Source: Mobula hypostoma
Lineage: Eukaryota
Assembly (NCBI RefSeq): GCF_963921235.1
Contig: NC_086097.1
Coordinates: 25,422,001 to 25,486,000, forward strand
Length of the DNA stretch: 64,000 nt
Reading direction: 5' to 3'
Shown here: one piece after another, positions 26,935 to 39,982 of the stretch
Numbering within the stretch: position 1 is the stretch's first letter
How the letters are laid out: each line of letters begins with the position of its first letter
Translations under genes and position numbers: made by a program
Notes under the pieces: model-generated
What the model saw: only the letters and a program-made list of their open reading frames with translations
Told to the model about the DNA's origin: nothing
Database searches by the model: none

Positions 26935-28071
26935 TATATTCATAAGATAAAGGTGCAATTTGGTGGGACCAAGAGACTGTTGTTTGTATATATAGCAAAC
27001 CGGATGCCACTGTAAGGTCATGCACGAGTACAACCTTCCCAACCATCAAGGACATCTTCAAAAAGGTGAATCCTCAAGAAGGCGGCGTCCATCACTAAGG
27101 ATCTCCACCAGTCAGGACATGTCCTCTTTTCATTACTACCATCAGGGAAGAGGTACAGGAGCCTGAAGATACACACTCAACATTTTAGGAACCGCTATTT
27201 CCTTTCTGCTATCAGATTTATGAATGGTTCATGACCCATTTTTTTGATTTATTTTATCTTATTTAGCAATGCAGTGCTGAGTAGGCCCTTCCAGCCTTTC
27301 CAGCCACGCCACGCCGCCCCACCCCAAAATCCATCAACCATCATTAACCCTAGCCTAATCAAGGGGCAATTTACCAAGACAAATTAACCTACATGGTACA
27401 TCTTTGGACTGAGGGAGGAAACCAGAACACCTGGAGAAAACCCAGGGATTTTCCAGGAATTCCTACCCTGAAGAAGTTTAAATCTTCCCTTCGACAGGAG
27501 TTCAGTGAAACCCTCTCTCACTGTGATCCCTGCTGCTCTCCAACTCTTTGACCACGTGCTTACCACCCATCGCCTTGTGTTTCTCCCTCCCCTCCCCCCA
27601 TCTTTTAAATCTACTCCTCAGCTTTTTGTTCTACAGTCCTCCCAAAGGATTTCAGCCCGAAACGTCAACTTGGACAGTTGCATTACTAGGTTGCTCACTA
27701 AAGTTGACCAGCAAGGAATTAAACAATAGGAAATATTAAAGATCAGCTTTATTTGTCACATCTACATTAAAACATACTCTGAAATAGGCTGCTTGCAGCA
27801 ATGGCCAACACAGTCCAAGGATGTGCAGAGAGAAGTCCACAAGTGTCACCATGTGTTTGGCACTAACGTAGGATGCCCACAGCTGGAGTCTGCAGGGAGC
27901 GCTCATGGAGTGAGGTCGCTTCTTTGGCTTCGCTCCATCCCCGTTATTCTTTTCAACCTTTGATCTCCTTGATCTAATCAACTTTAAGTACACCAGAAGA
28001 TTTATTTTATCTTCTTGATTTACTGATTAATTGATTTCCTTTCGTCAACTGCAAACCTCGAGTTTAGAGAA

Positions 28072-28932
28072 ATGAGTACAAGATCTAGAACCAAAAATGG
28101 GAAAGACGCTGATGGGAACGGAGCAAAGAAGAAAGGTGATTCTAAACAAACGGAATTAACTTACGAAGTTATGGAGGAAATGTTTGAGCAGCAGCGGATA
28201 AAGTTATCTCATAGCTTATCGGCTCAATTTGAACAACATCGCCAAAGCCTCAATGAAGATTTAAAATCAATCACGGACTCTTTGAAATCCCTGGATTCTG
28301 ATGTTCAGAAACACGGTGCCAAAATTTCTGAACTGGATACTAAATCTCAGAAGACGGACACAAAAGTCGAGATCTTAGAGAAGAATCTAGCTTCGACTAC
28401 TAAACAACTCCAACAACTTAAATCCAAAGTTATTGATCTCGAGAATCGATCGAGAAGACAAAACTTACATTTAATCGGTTTACCCGAGGATGTTGAGGCT
28501 GGAGATCCTGCAATATTCTTTGCTCAACTTTTAAAGGATTCGTTCGGTTCAGTTTTTCCCAATGATCCTCCATTACTCGATCGCGCCCATCGTATACCGT
28601 GGACAAAGTCGGCAGCAATTGCTTCTAAACCTAGACCAGTTATTCTTCGTTTCCATTATGTCAATGTTAAAGAACAACTTCTTCAGGTTGCTCGTCGACA
28701 AGGGATGATCAAGTATCGCCAGCATTCCTTCAGGATAGTTCAAGATTACAGTCCTGAAGTGATGAAGGAACGACTGACTTTTAAACCTCTAATGTTGGAA
28801 TGCTATCAAAAAAATCTCAAACCGGCACTATTGTATCCTGCACGTCTCAGAATCTCTCTTCCCGATGGAAATCGTCGTGTTTTCCATTCTACGACTGCTG
28901 CCCGAAGCTTTTTGGACGATGTTCCCTTCTGA
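28072..28932 (+). CDS. L1 ORF1p (coiled coil + RRM + CTD, Transposase_22-like), intact 286 aa
   Basis: Motifs DLENRSRRQNL..IGLPE, DRAHR, PRPVILRF, QDYSPEV, LLYPARL. Confidence 0.93.
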   Translation: MSTRSRTKNGKDADGNGAKKKGDSKQTELTYEVMEEMFEQQRIKLSHSLSAQFEQHRQSLNEDLKSITDSLKSLDSDVQKHGAKISELDTKSQKTDTKVEILEKNLASTTKQLQQLKSKVIDLENRSRRQNLHLIGLPEDVEAGDPAIFFAQLLKDSFGSVFPNDPPLLDRAHRIPWTKSAAIASKPRPVILRFHYVNVKEQLLQVARRQGMIKYRQHSFRIVQDYSPEVMKERLTFKPLMLECYQKNLKPALLYPARLRISLPDGNRRVFHSTTAARSFLDDVPF

Positions 28933-29770
28933 TACAGATACCCTCTCTTAATCTGTGTCGGGTGCTTCCAGCACCAATTCTTTTCTCTTCTGGTGTTTTC
29001 TTTATAAAATGAACCTCTTATTATCGCGTGAAGAAGGTTTATTTTAAGTCTAAGATTTTTGTTCTTTATTTACTACTATAGTTGTTACTCTATAACTTAT
29101 ATAGATTATTTATCTTCTGTAAATTAACATCAGTTTTTTTTAGTTAACCTTTTGTTTTAACTTTTCCTTTTTCGTTATTATTTATGATTTGATTCGACGA
29201 TCATTTTTAGTTATATGTTTCCTACTTTTGGTTTTTGCATAATCAAAATGGCGACTTGTCTTTCTTTTTGCTTAACCTCCTTTGTTTCTTTTTTGGGACG
29301 CCATGTTCCTATGCTTCTTCTTCCCATAATCCTTCTTTCATTTTAGAAGCGATTTTTTATTTATTCGTTTATAACTAATTATATGTACTGACTGCTTTTT
29401 TAATTTATATATTTTACTAATTTTTATTATGTAGATTAATTATTATATTGGTTATTTTTTACATGCATTAGTTTCTGGGAGATCTTTTATCTAACATATA
29501 TTTTTGGAGTTGCCCCCTGCAGAAATGGGTTTAGAATTAGTTTTAGTTAGAGCTTCCTTCAGCCATTTCTGGCTTAGTTCGGGGTTCTTGGGGATGGGGG
29601 GTGGGTCAGTCTTTTTCTTTTTTAATTTTTTCTATTGGGCTGTTTCAGAACTACCAAGATGTCCGCAGTGTCGAGATTTCCGGTTCCTCTCTAACCATGT
29701 ATTCCTCTTCCGGTTTTATGAGTTCACATTGTGGTTAACCCTTTTCTTAACAAAGGGTTAACTCTTAATT

Positions 29771-32700
29771 ATGGCTCATACTATTAATTTTGTTTCTTGG
29801 AACACAAATGGTTTAAACCATCCTATAAAACGGAAAAAGGTTTTCAAAGTGTTCCAAAGACTGAATGCTCATATTATTTTTGCACAAGAGACTCATGTAA
29901 GGAAAGAGGATAATCAACACTTCTTTAAGTTTTGGAAAGATAAACAATATCACTCAAATGCTCAAGCCAAAATCAAAGGTGTTTCAATTTTTATTGATCC
30001 TTCAATTACATTTATTCATCAAGACATTATTTTGGATCCTAATGGCAGATTTTTGTTCATTACTGGGGTACTTTTTAATAAAAAGGTTGCTATGGTGAAT
30101 GTTTATGCTCCGAATGTGGATTACCCTGAATTTTTTAAACAATTATTCACTTCCTTTCCTAACTTAAACAAGTATATGTTGATAATGGGTGGTGATTTTA
30201 ATTTATGTCTGAATCCCATGTTGGACAGATCCATAGCTAGTCCGGCTTTACCGAACAAGTCGGCTACTATTATTAATTCTTTTATGTTGGATTCTGGGAT
30301 TTTAGAAATTTGGAAATTTCTACATCCAAATGACAAGGAATTCTCCTTTTTTTCACATGTTCACCGTTCTTTTTCCCGAATTGATTATTTTTGATTGACT
30401 CCCGTTTGATTCCAGATGTACTTGATTGTAATTATGACAGTATTGTTATTTCAGATCATGCTCCACTGAAACTTTCCATCAAGTTAATGGACACCTCCTG
30501 TACTAGCCGACAATGGCGATTTAACCCTATTTTGCTTCAAGATCAAGATTTTGTCAAATTTATAAAGGAGCAGATCGATTTCTTTTTTTCAACTAATAAT
30601 ATGGACGAAGTTTCCAATGTAACTGTTTGGGATGCCTTTAAAGCTTATATCCGTGGTCAGATCATTTCCTATTCGGCTGGTTTGAAAAAACGTGTTAACA
30701 ATGAAATACTTTTGTTGGTTGATAAATTTAAAAAAGAAGTCGATAAAAAATATGCTATTTCTCCCAGTAAGGAGCTGTACAAACATAGAGTTGAACTCCA
30801 ATTGGAACATAGCTTATTATTAACATCCTCCATCGAAAATCAATTAATGAGAACTAGGAGTGATTTTTATATTCATAGCGATAAATCGGGTAAATTACTG
30901 GCTAACCATTTGAAATTTGATTCGGTTAAACGTCAAATTACTAAGATTCGTAAACAGGATGATACTTTCACAGTGGATCATGCTGGGATAAATCAAACCT
31001 TTCAAGAATTCTATACCTCTTTATATCACTCTGATTTTCCTCATGATTCTAATTTTATGCATGACTTTTTAAGTAAATTGAGTTTTCCGAAATTATCACC
31101 CGAAGAGTCCCTATCATTAGAAACTTCCATTTCAGAGGAAGAAATAATAACTGCAATCTCATCTTTGAATTCTGGTAAAGCACTCGGTCCGGATGGGTTT
31201 ACAGTGGAATTTTTTAATTTTTCTTCCTCCATTCTTTCCTCTAAGTTGTCTAGAATATTCAAGGAAGCAATCAGTTTAGGTAAATTACCACAATCGTTTT
31301 ATGAAGCCTCTATTTCCTTAATTCTTAAAAAGAATAAAGATCCTATTGATTGTACATCATACAGACCGCTATCTCTTTTGAATGTAGACTCTAAAATTTT
31401 TTCAAAAATTCTAGCAACTAGATTGGAGAAGGTGTTAGCTCAAATTATTTCTATGGATCAAACCGGATTCATTAAGAATCGCTGTTCATCCTTTAATATT
31501 AGGAGGTTAATGAATATTGTTTATACCCCTTCATTTACCACCCCGGAATGTACTATCTCTTTAGATGCTGAGAAAGCTTTTGACAGAGTCGAATGGCCTT
31601 ATTTATTTAATGTTCTTGAGAAATTTAATTTTAATTTGACATTTATATCTTGGATTAAACTGTTATATTACTCCCCGGTAGCCTCGGTTTGTACAAATAA
31701 TTATAGATCTCCCTTTTTTCGTCTTTTTCGTGGCACTAGGCAAGGTTGCCCTCTTAGCCCTTTGCTATTCAATATTGCTCTTGAACCTTTAGCAATTGCT
31801 ATTCGTAACTCGCCAAATATTGTTGGTATTACCCGTGGGAACGAAATACATAAGTTATCATTATATGCAGATGATTTGCTGCTATACATCTCTAACCCGG
31901 AGAAGTCAATTCCTGCTATTTTAGATTTGTTAGCTCAATTTAGTAACTTCTCTGGTTATAAATTGAATCTTAATAAGAGTGAATTATTCCCTTTAAATAA
32001 GCATGTACCTATTTATCGATTTTTACCATTTAAACTGGTTAATGATTCATTTATATATTTAGGGATAACAATTACGAAAAAATATAAAGATTTATTTAAA
32101 GCTAATTTTTTACCTTTAATTGATCAGATTAAACTGTTATTTACCAAATGATCGCCAATCTCTTTGTCTTTGATTGGTCGGATTAATGCTATTAAGATGA
32201 TCATTTTGCCTAAATTTTTGTATATATTCCAATCAGTCCCAATTTTCATCCCAAAATCTTTTTTTGATAATGTAGATTCAAAAATTTCCTCATATATTTG
32301 GCAGAATAAAAATCCTAGGTTAGGTAAAAGGTATTTACAGAAGTCTAAAAAGGAGGGGGGGCTTGCCCTCCCGAATTTTAGATTCTATTATTGGGCAATT
32401 AATATTCGATATTTAAAATTTTGGTTACGAGATTTGGACGTATCTTTAAACCCTCATTGGGTAAATCTTGAATCTAATTCATTACAAGGGCTTTCCTTGG
32501 GTTCGGTTTTAGGAACTTCACTTCCTTTTACTTCTTTTAAATTATATAAACAAATGAATAACCCAATAGTTAAGCATACTTTACGTATATGGTTTCAATT
32601 TCGAAGATTTTTTGGGTTCAATCAATTTATCCTATCAAGCCCTATCTTGTCAAACTTTCTTTTTCAACCTTCCACGATGGATCAAGCCTACTCTGATTGG

Positions 32701-33546
32701 AAAATTAAAGGTATAATATCTTTTCGCGATTTACTTATGGATAATTGTTTTATGTCTTTTGATCAACTTTCTAATAAATATAACTTACCCAGATCTCACT
32801 TTTTCAGATATTTACAGATTAGGAACTTTTTAATTACTCTTTCCCCTAATTTCCCACATCCATATCCAACGGATATTTTGGAAAAAATTTTAGATTTAAA
32901 TCTCTCTCAGAAAAGTGTTGTAGCAATCATATATGATATAATTTTGAATTTATGTCCTGATGCTTCTAATAAAATTAAAGCTGACTGGGAAAGAGAACTT
33001 GAGATTAATATACCGACTGAAAAATGGGAAAAAATTCTTCAGTTGGTGAATTCATCCTCTATATGTGCTAAGCATAGGCTGATACAGTTTAAAGTAGTGC
33101 ACAGGCCTCATATGTCCAAAGATAAACTATCTCGCTATTACTCTTATATTAATCCAATATGGGACAGATGTCATTCCGAGATAGCTTCTCTAACCCACAT
33201 GTTTTGGTCATGTCCCCTGTTGCAGAAATATTGGAAAGATATTTTTGATATTATTTCAACGGTTTTAAATATAGACTTACAACCTCATCCAATTACTGCT
33301 ATTTTTGGACTACCAATGATAGATTTAAATAATTTAACCTCTTCATCACGAAGAATGATTTCATTTCTTACTTTAATGGCCAGAAGGTCTATTTTATTGA
33401 ATTGGAAAGAGATTAACCCTCCTAAGGTATTTCATTGGTTTTCACAAACTATGCTGTGTTTGAATTTGGAGAAAACAGTTTATGACCCTTCCATCAAGTT
33501 TGAAAAAACTTGGAGGCCATTCATTCAGCATTTTCACTTAATGTAA
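29771..33546 (+). pseudogene. L1 ORF2 (EN-RT-CCHC) broken by one 1-nt frameshift and one nonsense codon
   Basis: SWNTNGL, QETH, GGDFN, SRIDYF|LID (T5 run at 30388-30392 is one T short), SDHAP, YRPLSLLN, LDAEKAFD, GTRQGCPLSP, YADD. In-frame TGA at 32149-32151. Knuckle reads WDRC...HMFWSC. Confidence 0.93.
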
Positions 33547-34512
33547 TATCTTTATTTCCAAACCTATTCTATTTCTCTGTATTGTTGTTGGAGGGGAATG
33601 GAGTCGTCGGCATTAAGGTTTTCTTCTTTTTCATTTTTAAGTTTTTAGATTTGCCCAAGTCTTTTAGTTTAGTTGATTAATTTTGTCTTTCTTTTGAGTT
33701 GGGGTTTTTTGTTTTGGTTTTGGTTTTTTTCTTTTTCATGTTTTTTTTAGTTTTTTTTGATCTGTATTATCCGTTGTTAGTTTTATATGATTGGGAGTTT
33801 TGTCAAATTTCAATATTGGACTTTACGATTACTGTTTGTAAGGGTAACAATTTATCTCCTATTATTTGTATCATTGCTATGTTTTGTTTATATATTCTAA
33901 AATTAATAAAGAGATTGAAAAAGGATGCCCACAGCTTACTAACCCTTACTAATCCATACAACTTTGGAATGTGGGAGGAAAGTGGAGCACCCGGAGGAAA
34001 CCCACACAGTCACAGAGGAAACATACAAACTCCTTAAAGAAAACAGCAGGAATTGAACCTTAATCACTTGCACTGTAAAGAACTACGTTAACCGCTACAC
34101 TACAGTGCTGCCCACCTACTAGGTACTAGGTAGGAACCAGGTAAGAAAGAATATTAACATACAAGGGCAAAGGGCAAGGAAATCAGATGAAAATACTTTT
34201 AGTGAACAAGCATGCATGGACATGCTCATCTACGTGGGCTCTTTCTGTGCTGTGACTTCTGGTAAATAATTGCTACACTAAATCCTGCTGGAAGGTCAAG
34301 ACACAGAGTGCATGATTCTGAGAAGCACAATGACAATGAGAGGATGTGTGCTGATTGATAACATGCATCACTGATTACATTGATTTGCGACAAAAAGTTA
34401 TGGTGCTGGTTCACAAATGTGACCAATAGTTTTGTTTTCTTTTCCGAACTGCCATACCTGTGGCTACATTGGTCACATTTCGGTCAGATTCTCTCCCTCA
34501 AGAAATTCTTAC

Positions 34513-34677
34513 CTTTGCTTCCAGTTCTTGCTTCAGTGTGAGGTATTTCCTCCTGAGTTTGGTGTTTTCTGCCTCGCCCTGAATGAGCTCTTCTGCGAGT
34601 TTATTGCATTCTGTTTTCATCTTTTCCACTTGGCGCCGCTGAGCTTTTGCGAAGTTCCTCTCTTCTGCTTGTTCAGC
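34513..34677 (-). CDS. CEP128: CEP128 next coding exon, 165 nt, phase 0-0 (AEQAEERNFAKAQRRQVEKMKTECNKLAEELIQGEAENTKLRRKYLTLKQELEAK)
   Basis: Not in the ORF track. Acceptor tgttctgcttctTAG|GCTGAA, donor GCAAAG|GTaaga. Continues in frame from the 1002-nt exon and resembles human AESLEEKNMAKIHRGQLEKLKSQCDRLTEEL as recalled. Confidence 0.9.
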
Positions 34678-34949
34678 CTAAGAAGCAGAACATGGCAAGT
34701 GGGTGATCAACAGTTCCAGAAGCGTACACTACAACTTAACTCCACATAATCACACAGTTCTGTGAGCCTTGATAAAGTGAAATAACACATTCACAAAATA
34801 TGCTTTTCTTTATGTGAATATGTAAAAAAGTAAATTAAGGGGAAAAGACACTGACAAACATATTTCAAATGCAACGTGGCTGCTGAGATTCTCAAATTAC
34901 AACTGTGATTCTGTTTTCAATAAATATTGAATGACTAGTTTTGGATTAG

Positions 34950-35173
34950 ACACAAACAAGAGAAAATCTGCAGATACTGGAAATCCAAGCAACACACACA
35001 AAATGCTGGAGGAACTCAGCAGGCCAGGCAACATCTATGGAAAATAGTATAACCAACGTTAAGGACCAAGACCCTTCAACAAGACTGTGAAGGGTCTCGG
35101 CCTGGAACATCAACTGTACTCTTTTCTACAGATGCTGCCTGGCCTGCTGAGTTCCTCCAGTATTTTGTGTGTG
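34950..35173. mobile_element. 224-bp fold-back mini-element made only of two Penelope terminal-repeat ends
   Basis: ACACACAAAATGCTGGAGGAACTCAGCAGGCCAGGCA... pairs with ...TGCCTGGCCTGCTGAGTTCCTCCAGTATTTTGTGTGT. Perfect 14-bp TSD TAGTTTTGGATTAG at 34936-34949 and 35174-35187. Confidence 0.85.
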
Positions 35174-36659
35174 TAGTTTTGGATTAGTATTCAATTTTTA
35201 ATTTATGCAGGAGTAAGTCCAACTTATACTAATGAGAAAGGAAAATGGAACCCATCAGTCATTGTTTCTGTCATATTACAGAAAGTGTCAACCAATGAAT
35301 CTCACAATGGAGCATGTAGTTTTATTATTAAAATTATAATATGGGAAATAGGTTTCACCCTTGTATTAAATAAATTTTATTTTGCTGTTTGAGGCGACGC
35401 GAGGTATTATTTCAACTTGGGATCTGGTTTGTCAATGGAAAGTGACTGCCCCATCTCCACTTCTTCAACATCCAGGAGTAAACAAGAGGGCATTTAACAC
35501 GCGTGTGGTTACAATATGATGCGGTTGAAACATTTTTCATTAGAAGTCAGACTGTCTTCAAACTCTAAACTAAGTTGGAAGTCTATTTGATAAGAGAGAC
35601 TCTTGACCTCACAATTCAAGATTCAAGATTATTTACTGGCATTCTTCAGCACACAAGTATAAAGGAGAATGAAATGATTGTCACTCTGATCCAATGCAGC
35701 ATAAACACAATAAGCATAAAGAACACAGTAAAGAAATACAATAAATATAAAAACATAAGATTAGCTTATATAGCTAGACTAATTGCATGTTCATAAAGTA
35801 ACACTAGGCACAGGAGTATCTGTACATCAGGTGACTGTGACAGGTAATGAAAAGTCATGGGGTGAGTTAATGGGTGGAGGTGCCTCAGCGTGGCCCTTGC
35901 ACCATTCTGTCGACCCACACTGCACTTTTTCTGTAACTTTAACACTATATTCTACATTCTACTATTGCTTTTCCCTTGTACTACCTCGATGTACTGATAT
36001 GATGAAATGATCGGCAAGCAAAACTAAGATTTTCATTATACTTTGGTACATGTGACAATAATAAACCAATTATCAGTTTTAAGTGGGTTTCTTTGGCTTC
36101 ATTCTAAAGAATGGAAAATTAATTTTGCAAGAAACTTGCTGATACAGGGCTTAAAACATCAACTGTCCCTTGCCTCCACAGCTGCTGCCTGAGCTGCTGA
36201 GTTCCTCCAGCATTTTCCTTTTTGTTGCTCCACATTATAGCATCTTCATTCTCTTGTGTCTCAGTATCACTAAAACCTTCATTGTTTCTGTCATAACGAG
36301 TTCCAGCTCTCATACACACAAACTGGTTGGTATTTATTAAAGATTAGCTTTAATTGTCACATTTCATTGAAACACACAGTGAAATCCGTCATTTGTTTCA
36401 AATCAAATCAATGAAGATTGTGCTGTGCAGTTCGTAAGTGTCACCATGCTTCTGGCACCAACATAGCATATCCACAACTCACTATACAAAACCATACGTC
36501 TTTGGAATGTAGAAGGAAACTGCAGCACCCAGGAGAAACCCACGTGATCATGGGGAGAACATATATACTCCTTTATTTTGCTTTATTTTCTGCTTTTTTT
36601 GCTATATTACAATGGTCAACACAAGTTTTAAGTCTCTGTGTAGTAATCAGTTGTTAATT

Positions 36660-36935
36660 GGGGCAGCACAGTGGCACAATGATTAACACAACACTTTACA
36701 GTACCAGCAAACGGGTTCAATTCCCGCTGCTGTCTGTAAGGAGTTTGTATGTTCTCCCCATGACCGTGTGGGTTTCCTCCGGGTGCTTCAGTTTCCTCCC
36801 ACAGTCCAAAGACTTACCTGTTGGTAGGTTAATTTGTTATTGTAAATTGTCCCATGATTAAGCTAGTGTTAAATTGGGAATTGCTGGGTGGCGTGGCTCG
36901 AAGGACCAGACGAGCCTGTTAATAAAATAAATAAT
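36660..36935 (+). mobile_element. V-SINE-like element
   Basis: GGGCAGCACAGTGGCAC head, B-box GGTTCAATTCCC, V-domain-like GTGGGTTTCCTCCGGGTGC, A-rich end. Related copies at 6340-6570 (-) and 37715-37975 (+). Confidence 0.7.
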
Positions 36936-36984
36936 TGAAAGCTTGACAGTTTCTTGTTCAATTAAGGACAAACTGGAGATACGA

Positions 36985-38370
36985 GAAACAACAGATGCTA
37001 GAATATGGAGCAACAAGCATATGGAACTCCACATAAAAAGCTGAAGGAACTCTGCGAGTACGGCAGCAGCTATGGAGGGAAATGGACAGTCAGCATTTCA
37101 GGTCAAGACCCTTCATCTGGGCTGAAAGATAGAAGGGTGATAACCAGAATAAAGCGATGAGGGGATGGGGTGAAGCAAGAGTTGCCAGGTGACAGATGAA
37201 TCCAGCTGACAGCAAGGGTGATAGGCAGATGGGGGGAGGAGAGAGTGAGAATAACAGAAGCTGGGACGTGATAGCTGGAAGTGATAAGGGGCTGGAATCT
37301 TATCACAAAGGAAGGCAGAGCATGGATTCAAGACAGGGAGATGGGGAAGGCAGAGGGTAGTAGTTGGGGAGGGAAACCAATGGGAAGAGGAGGAGGAGGG
37401 GAGCTGAAAAGGGAAAGACTGAGAGAGTAAAAAGGACTGGCAGGGCGCAATTTATTGGAAGTTGAAGAATCTAATGTTCAAGCTTTAATGTTCAAGATGA
37501 TAGACTACCGAGGCAGAATACAACGTGCTGTTCCTCTAGTTCACATTTAACCTCATCCTGACAGTACAGGAAGCCGAGGACAGACATGCAGTGTGGGAAT
37601 GGGGAGGAGTTAAAATGGCTGGCATCTGGGAGATCCAGATAGCCACAACAGACAGAACATAGGTGCAGGGTGAAGCACCCAGCCTTACTGATGTAGAGGA
37701 AGCTACATCACTATTTGCAGCTCAGGGTTTCGGAGTTGCGAGTTTAATTTCAGTGCAATCTGTAGGGAGTTTGTACATCTTCTCCATGAATACATGGGCT
37801 TCATCCTGGTGCTCTGGTCTCTTCCCACAATCCAAAGACGTAACAGCTAGTAGATTAATTGGTCATTGTAAATTGTCCTGTGATTAAATAGGTGGCTTGC
37901 TGGGTGGTGTGGCTCAATGGGCCAGAGGGGCTTTTTCCGTGCTGTATCTTTAAATAAACTTAAAAAAATAAAACCAGGAGCACCAAATGCAATACGTAAG
38001 GCCAGAGGAGATGCATGTGAAAGTAGCCTCACCGGGAAGGACTGTTTAGGGCCCTGGATGGTGGTAAGGGAGGAGAGATAGGGGCAGATCTTACACCTCT
38101 TGTGGTTACAGGGGAGAGTTACTCGAGTGCAAGTAGGACAGGTGGAGAGGGATGAGCAGACCGGGATGTCACATAGGCAGAGATCCCTGCGGAAAGAGGT
38201 AAGGAGGGAAAAGTGCATTGGGAGGTGGGATCACGTCGTAGTTGGGAGAGGTTGTGGAAAACAATAGGCTGGATGCACAGGCAAGACATATCAGGTACAT
38301 TGGCAATTCCTTTTCCCTCTATAGATACTGCTCGACCTGCTAAGTTCCTCCAGCAGTCCGTTTGTGCTGG
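36985..38370 (-). mobile_element. Older Penelope-like fragment interrupted by a SINE (37715-37975), with a short inverted arm at ~38305-38370
   Basis: Same terminal repeat and purine-rich UTR as the other PLE copies. CNHKRCKICPY..LTTIQGPKQSF motif in ORF 37847-38218. Confidence 0.72.
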
Positions 38371-39982
38371 GTACAAGGTCTTCACTTCGATAAAACCAGT
38401 CTGAGGGGCTGAATGCTCTAATCCTGCTGCTGTGTTTTAAAGTGTTTTATCAGCCATAAACTGTTCTGAGATATCCTGCAGACACAGCGTAAATGATTTC
38501 TTTGACTTTTTCCCCAAAATTTGATCGAATGAAGGACTTATCTGATTATTCTGAAACCGTGCCATAAAAAAAACCAAAATCAAATTCTCTTGAAAATCAA
38601 ACAACTGCAGATGCTATAAATCAGAAATCGCAACAAAGTGCTGGCAATTCTCAGCAAGTCAGGCAGCTTCTGTGAAGGAAGTAAAAGAGTTAACATCTCA
38701 AGTCAGTGACCCCACACAACTGAAAAAGTGCCAAAACAAGCATGTTTTCACAATCGGTGCCGGGTGGGGGAGGATGAAGAGACCAAAGCGGATTTCTGGA
38801 TTAGAGTGAGGACCAATACTGAGTGACTAAATGCTTTTTGGGACATTTTTATAGGATTAATAATGGAAATTAGAGAGAGTATTAAAGAAAAACAAATAAA
38901 CATGCTAGAACCATACAAAATTATGAGAGGTACAGATAGGGTGAATGCAGATCAGATTAATTTATTTCTCACATGTACATTGAAACATATAGCGAAAAAC
39001 ATTATTTGCATTAACAACTAAAGCAGCCTAAGGGTGTGCTGGGGGAATCCCACAAGTGTCACCAAATATTCCAGTGCCAACACAGCATGCCCACAGGATT
39101 AAATATTTAAGGGAACCTGAGGGGGAACGTCTTCACGCAGAGGGTGGTGTAAGTGTGTTACAAGCTGCCAGCTTAAAGGGTAGATGCAGGTTCAATTACA
39201 ACATTTAAGAGAAGTTTGGATAGGTACGTGGGTGGGAGGATCTGGAGAGATATAGTCCAAGCGCAGGTAAGTGGGATTAGGCAGAAGATCAGGTCAGTAT
39301 GGACTCTTGTTTCTGTGCAATTGTATGCTATGTCTCCATATTTGTGACAGGCAGGACACAGCAGCTGCTGGAATCAGAAACAAGAGGGCTTAAAATAATG
39401 CTGGAAAGGCAGGCAACAATTGTAGACAGAGAAAAACTGAGGAATAGGTCACCATCGATCTTTCAGCCTTGACCTGAAACATCAACCATTCATTCCCTTC
39501 CTTAGATGCTGTATGACCTGCTGAGTTCCACCAGCATCCTGTGTGTGTGTCTATTGTTCTAACTGGGAGGAAAGAGGGCAAGAGAAAATGTGCAGGAGAT
39601 AGAGGAGATGCAGCTGAGAGCCCTGCCAACTTTGGTGAAGAAGAAAGGAAAACATCTTGGAAGTACTGACTGGAAATTCTCATCACCTGAACAGATGCGA
39701 TGGAGATGGAGAAAGTGTGAGCATGGAGTGGTTCATTAGTAGAAGCAGAGTGGGAGGAGGAGTAGTCTATGAACTAGAGAGCTCTAGAAGTCTTGTATCA
39801 TCTGAACCACCTTGTTCTCAACCCTAACATAACAGTCCCTTTGTACTCTCCATCCATCCTTCCCACTGTTAAAAGTATTCATACTGCAATATGAATACTT
39901 TAACCTGAAATTCTACTTAAGAACCACTAACCTGAAATATTAACACTGTTCCTTTTCTTCTTTCACCAATAATTGCCCTTAC

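Larger units (their letters stand above)
27885..33921 (+). mobile_element. Full-length L1-clade LINE (~6.0 kb), antisense to CEP128, 15-bp TSD
   Basis: TSD AGGATGCCCACAGCT at 27870-27884 and 33922-33936. Contains 5'UTR, ORF1, ~840-bp spacer, ORF2 (APE endonuclease, RT with YADD, zinc knuckle), T-rich 3'UTR, AATAAA and a short A tail. Confidence 0.96.
27735..34115 (-). mobile_element. tRNA-derived V-SINE-like element split by the L1 insertion (27735-27884 and 33922-34115)
   Basis: Minus strand reads tRNA-like head (GTAGCGGTTA...GGTTCAATTCC), then GTGGGTTTCCTCCGGGTGCTCC. The two halves join through the L1 TSD. Related segments occur at 1-130, 15480-15605, 36340-36570 and 38955-39095. Confidence 0.75.

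Noticed and set aside
34432..34749. 105-aa plus-strand ORF
   Set aside because: Antisense to the 165-nt CEP128 exon.
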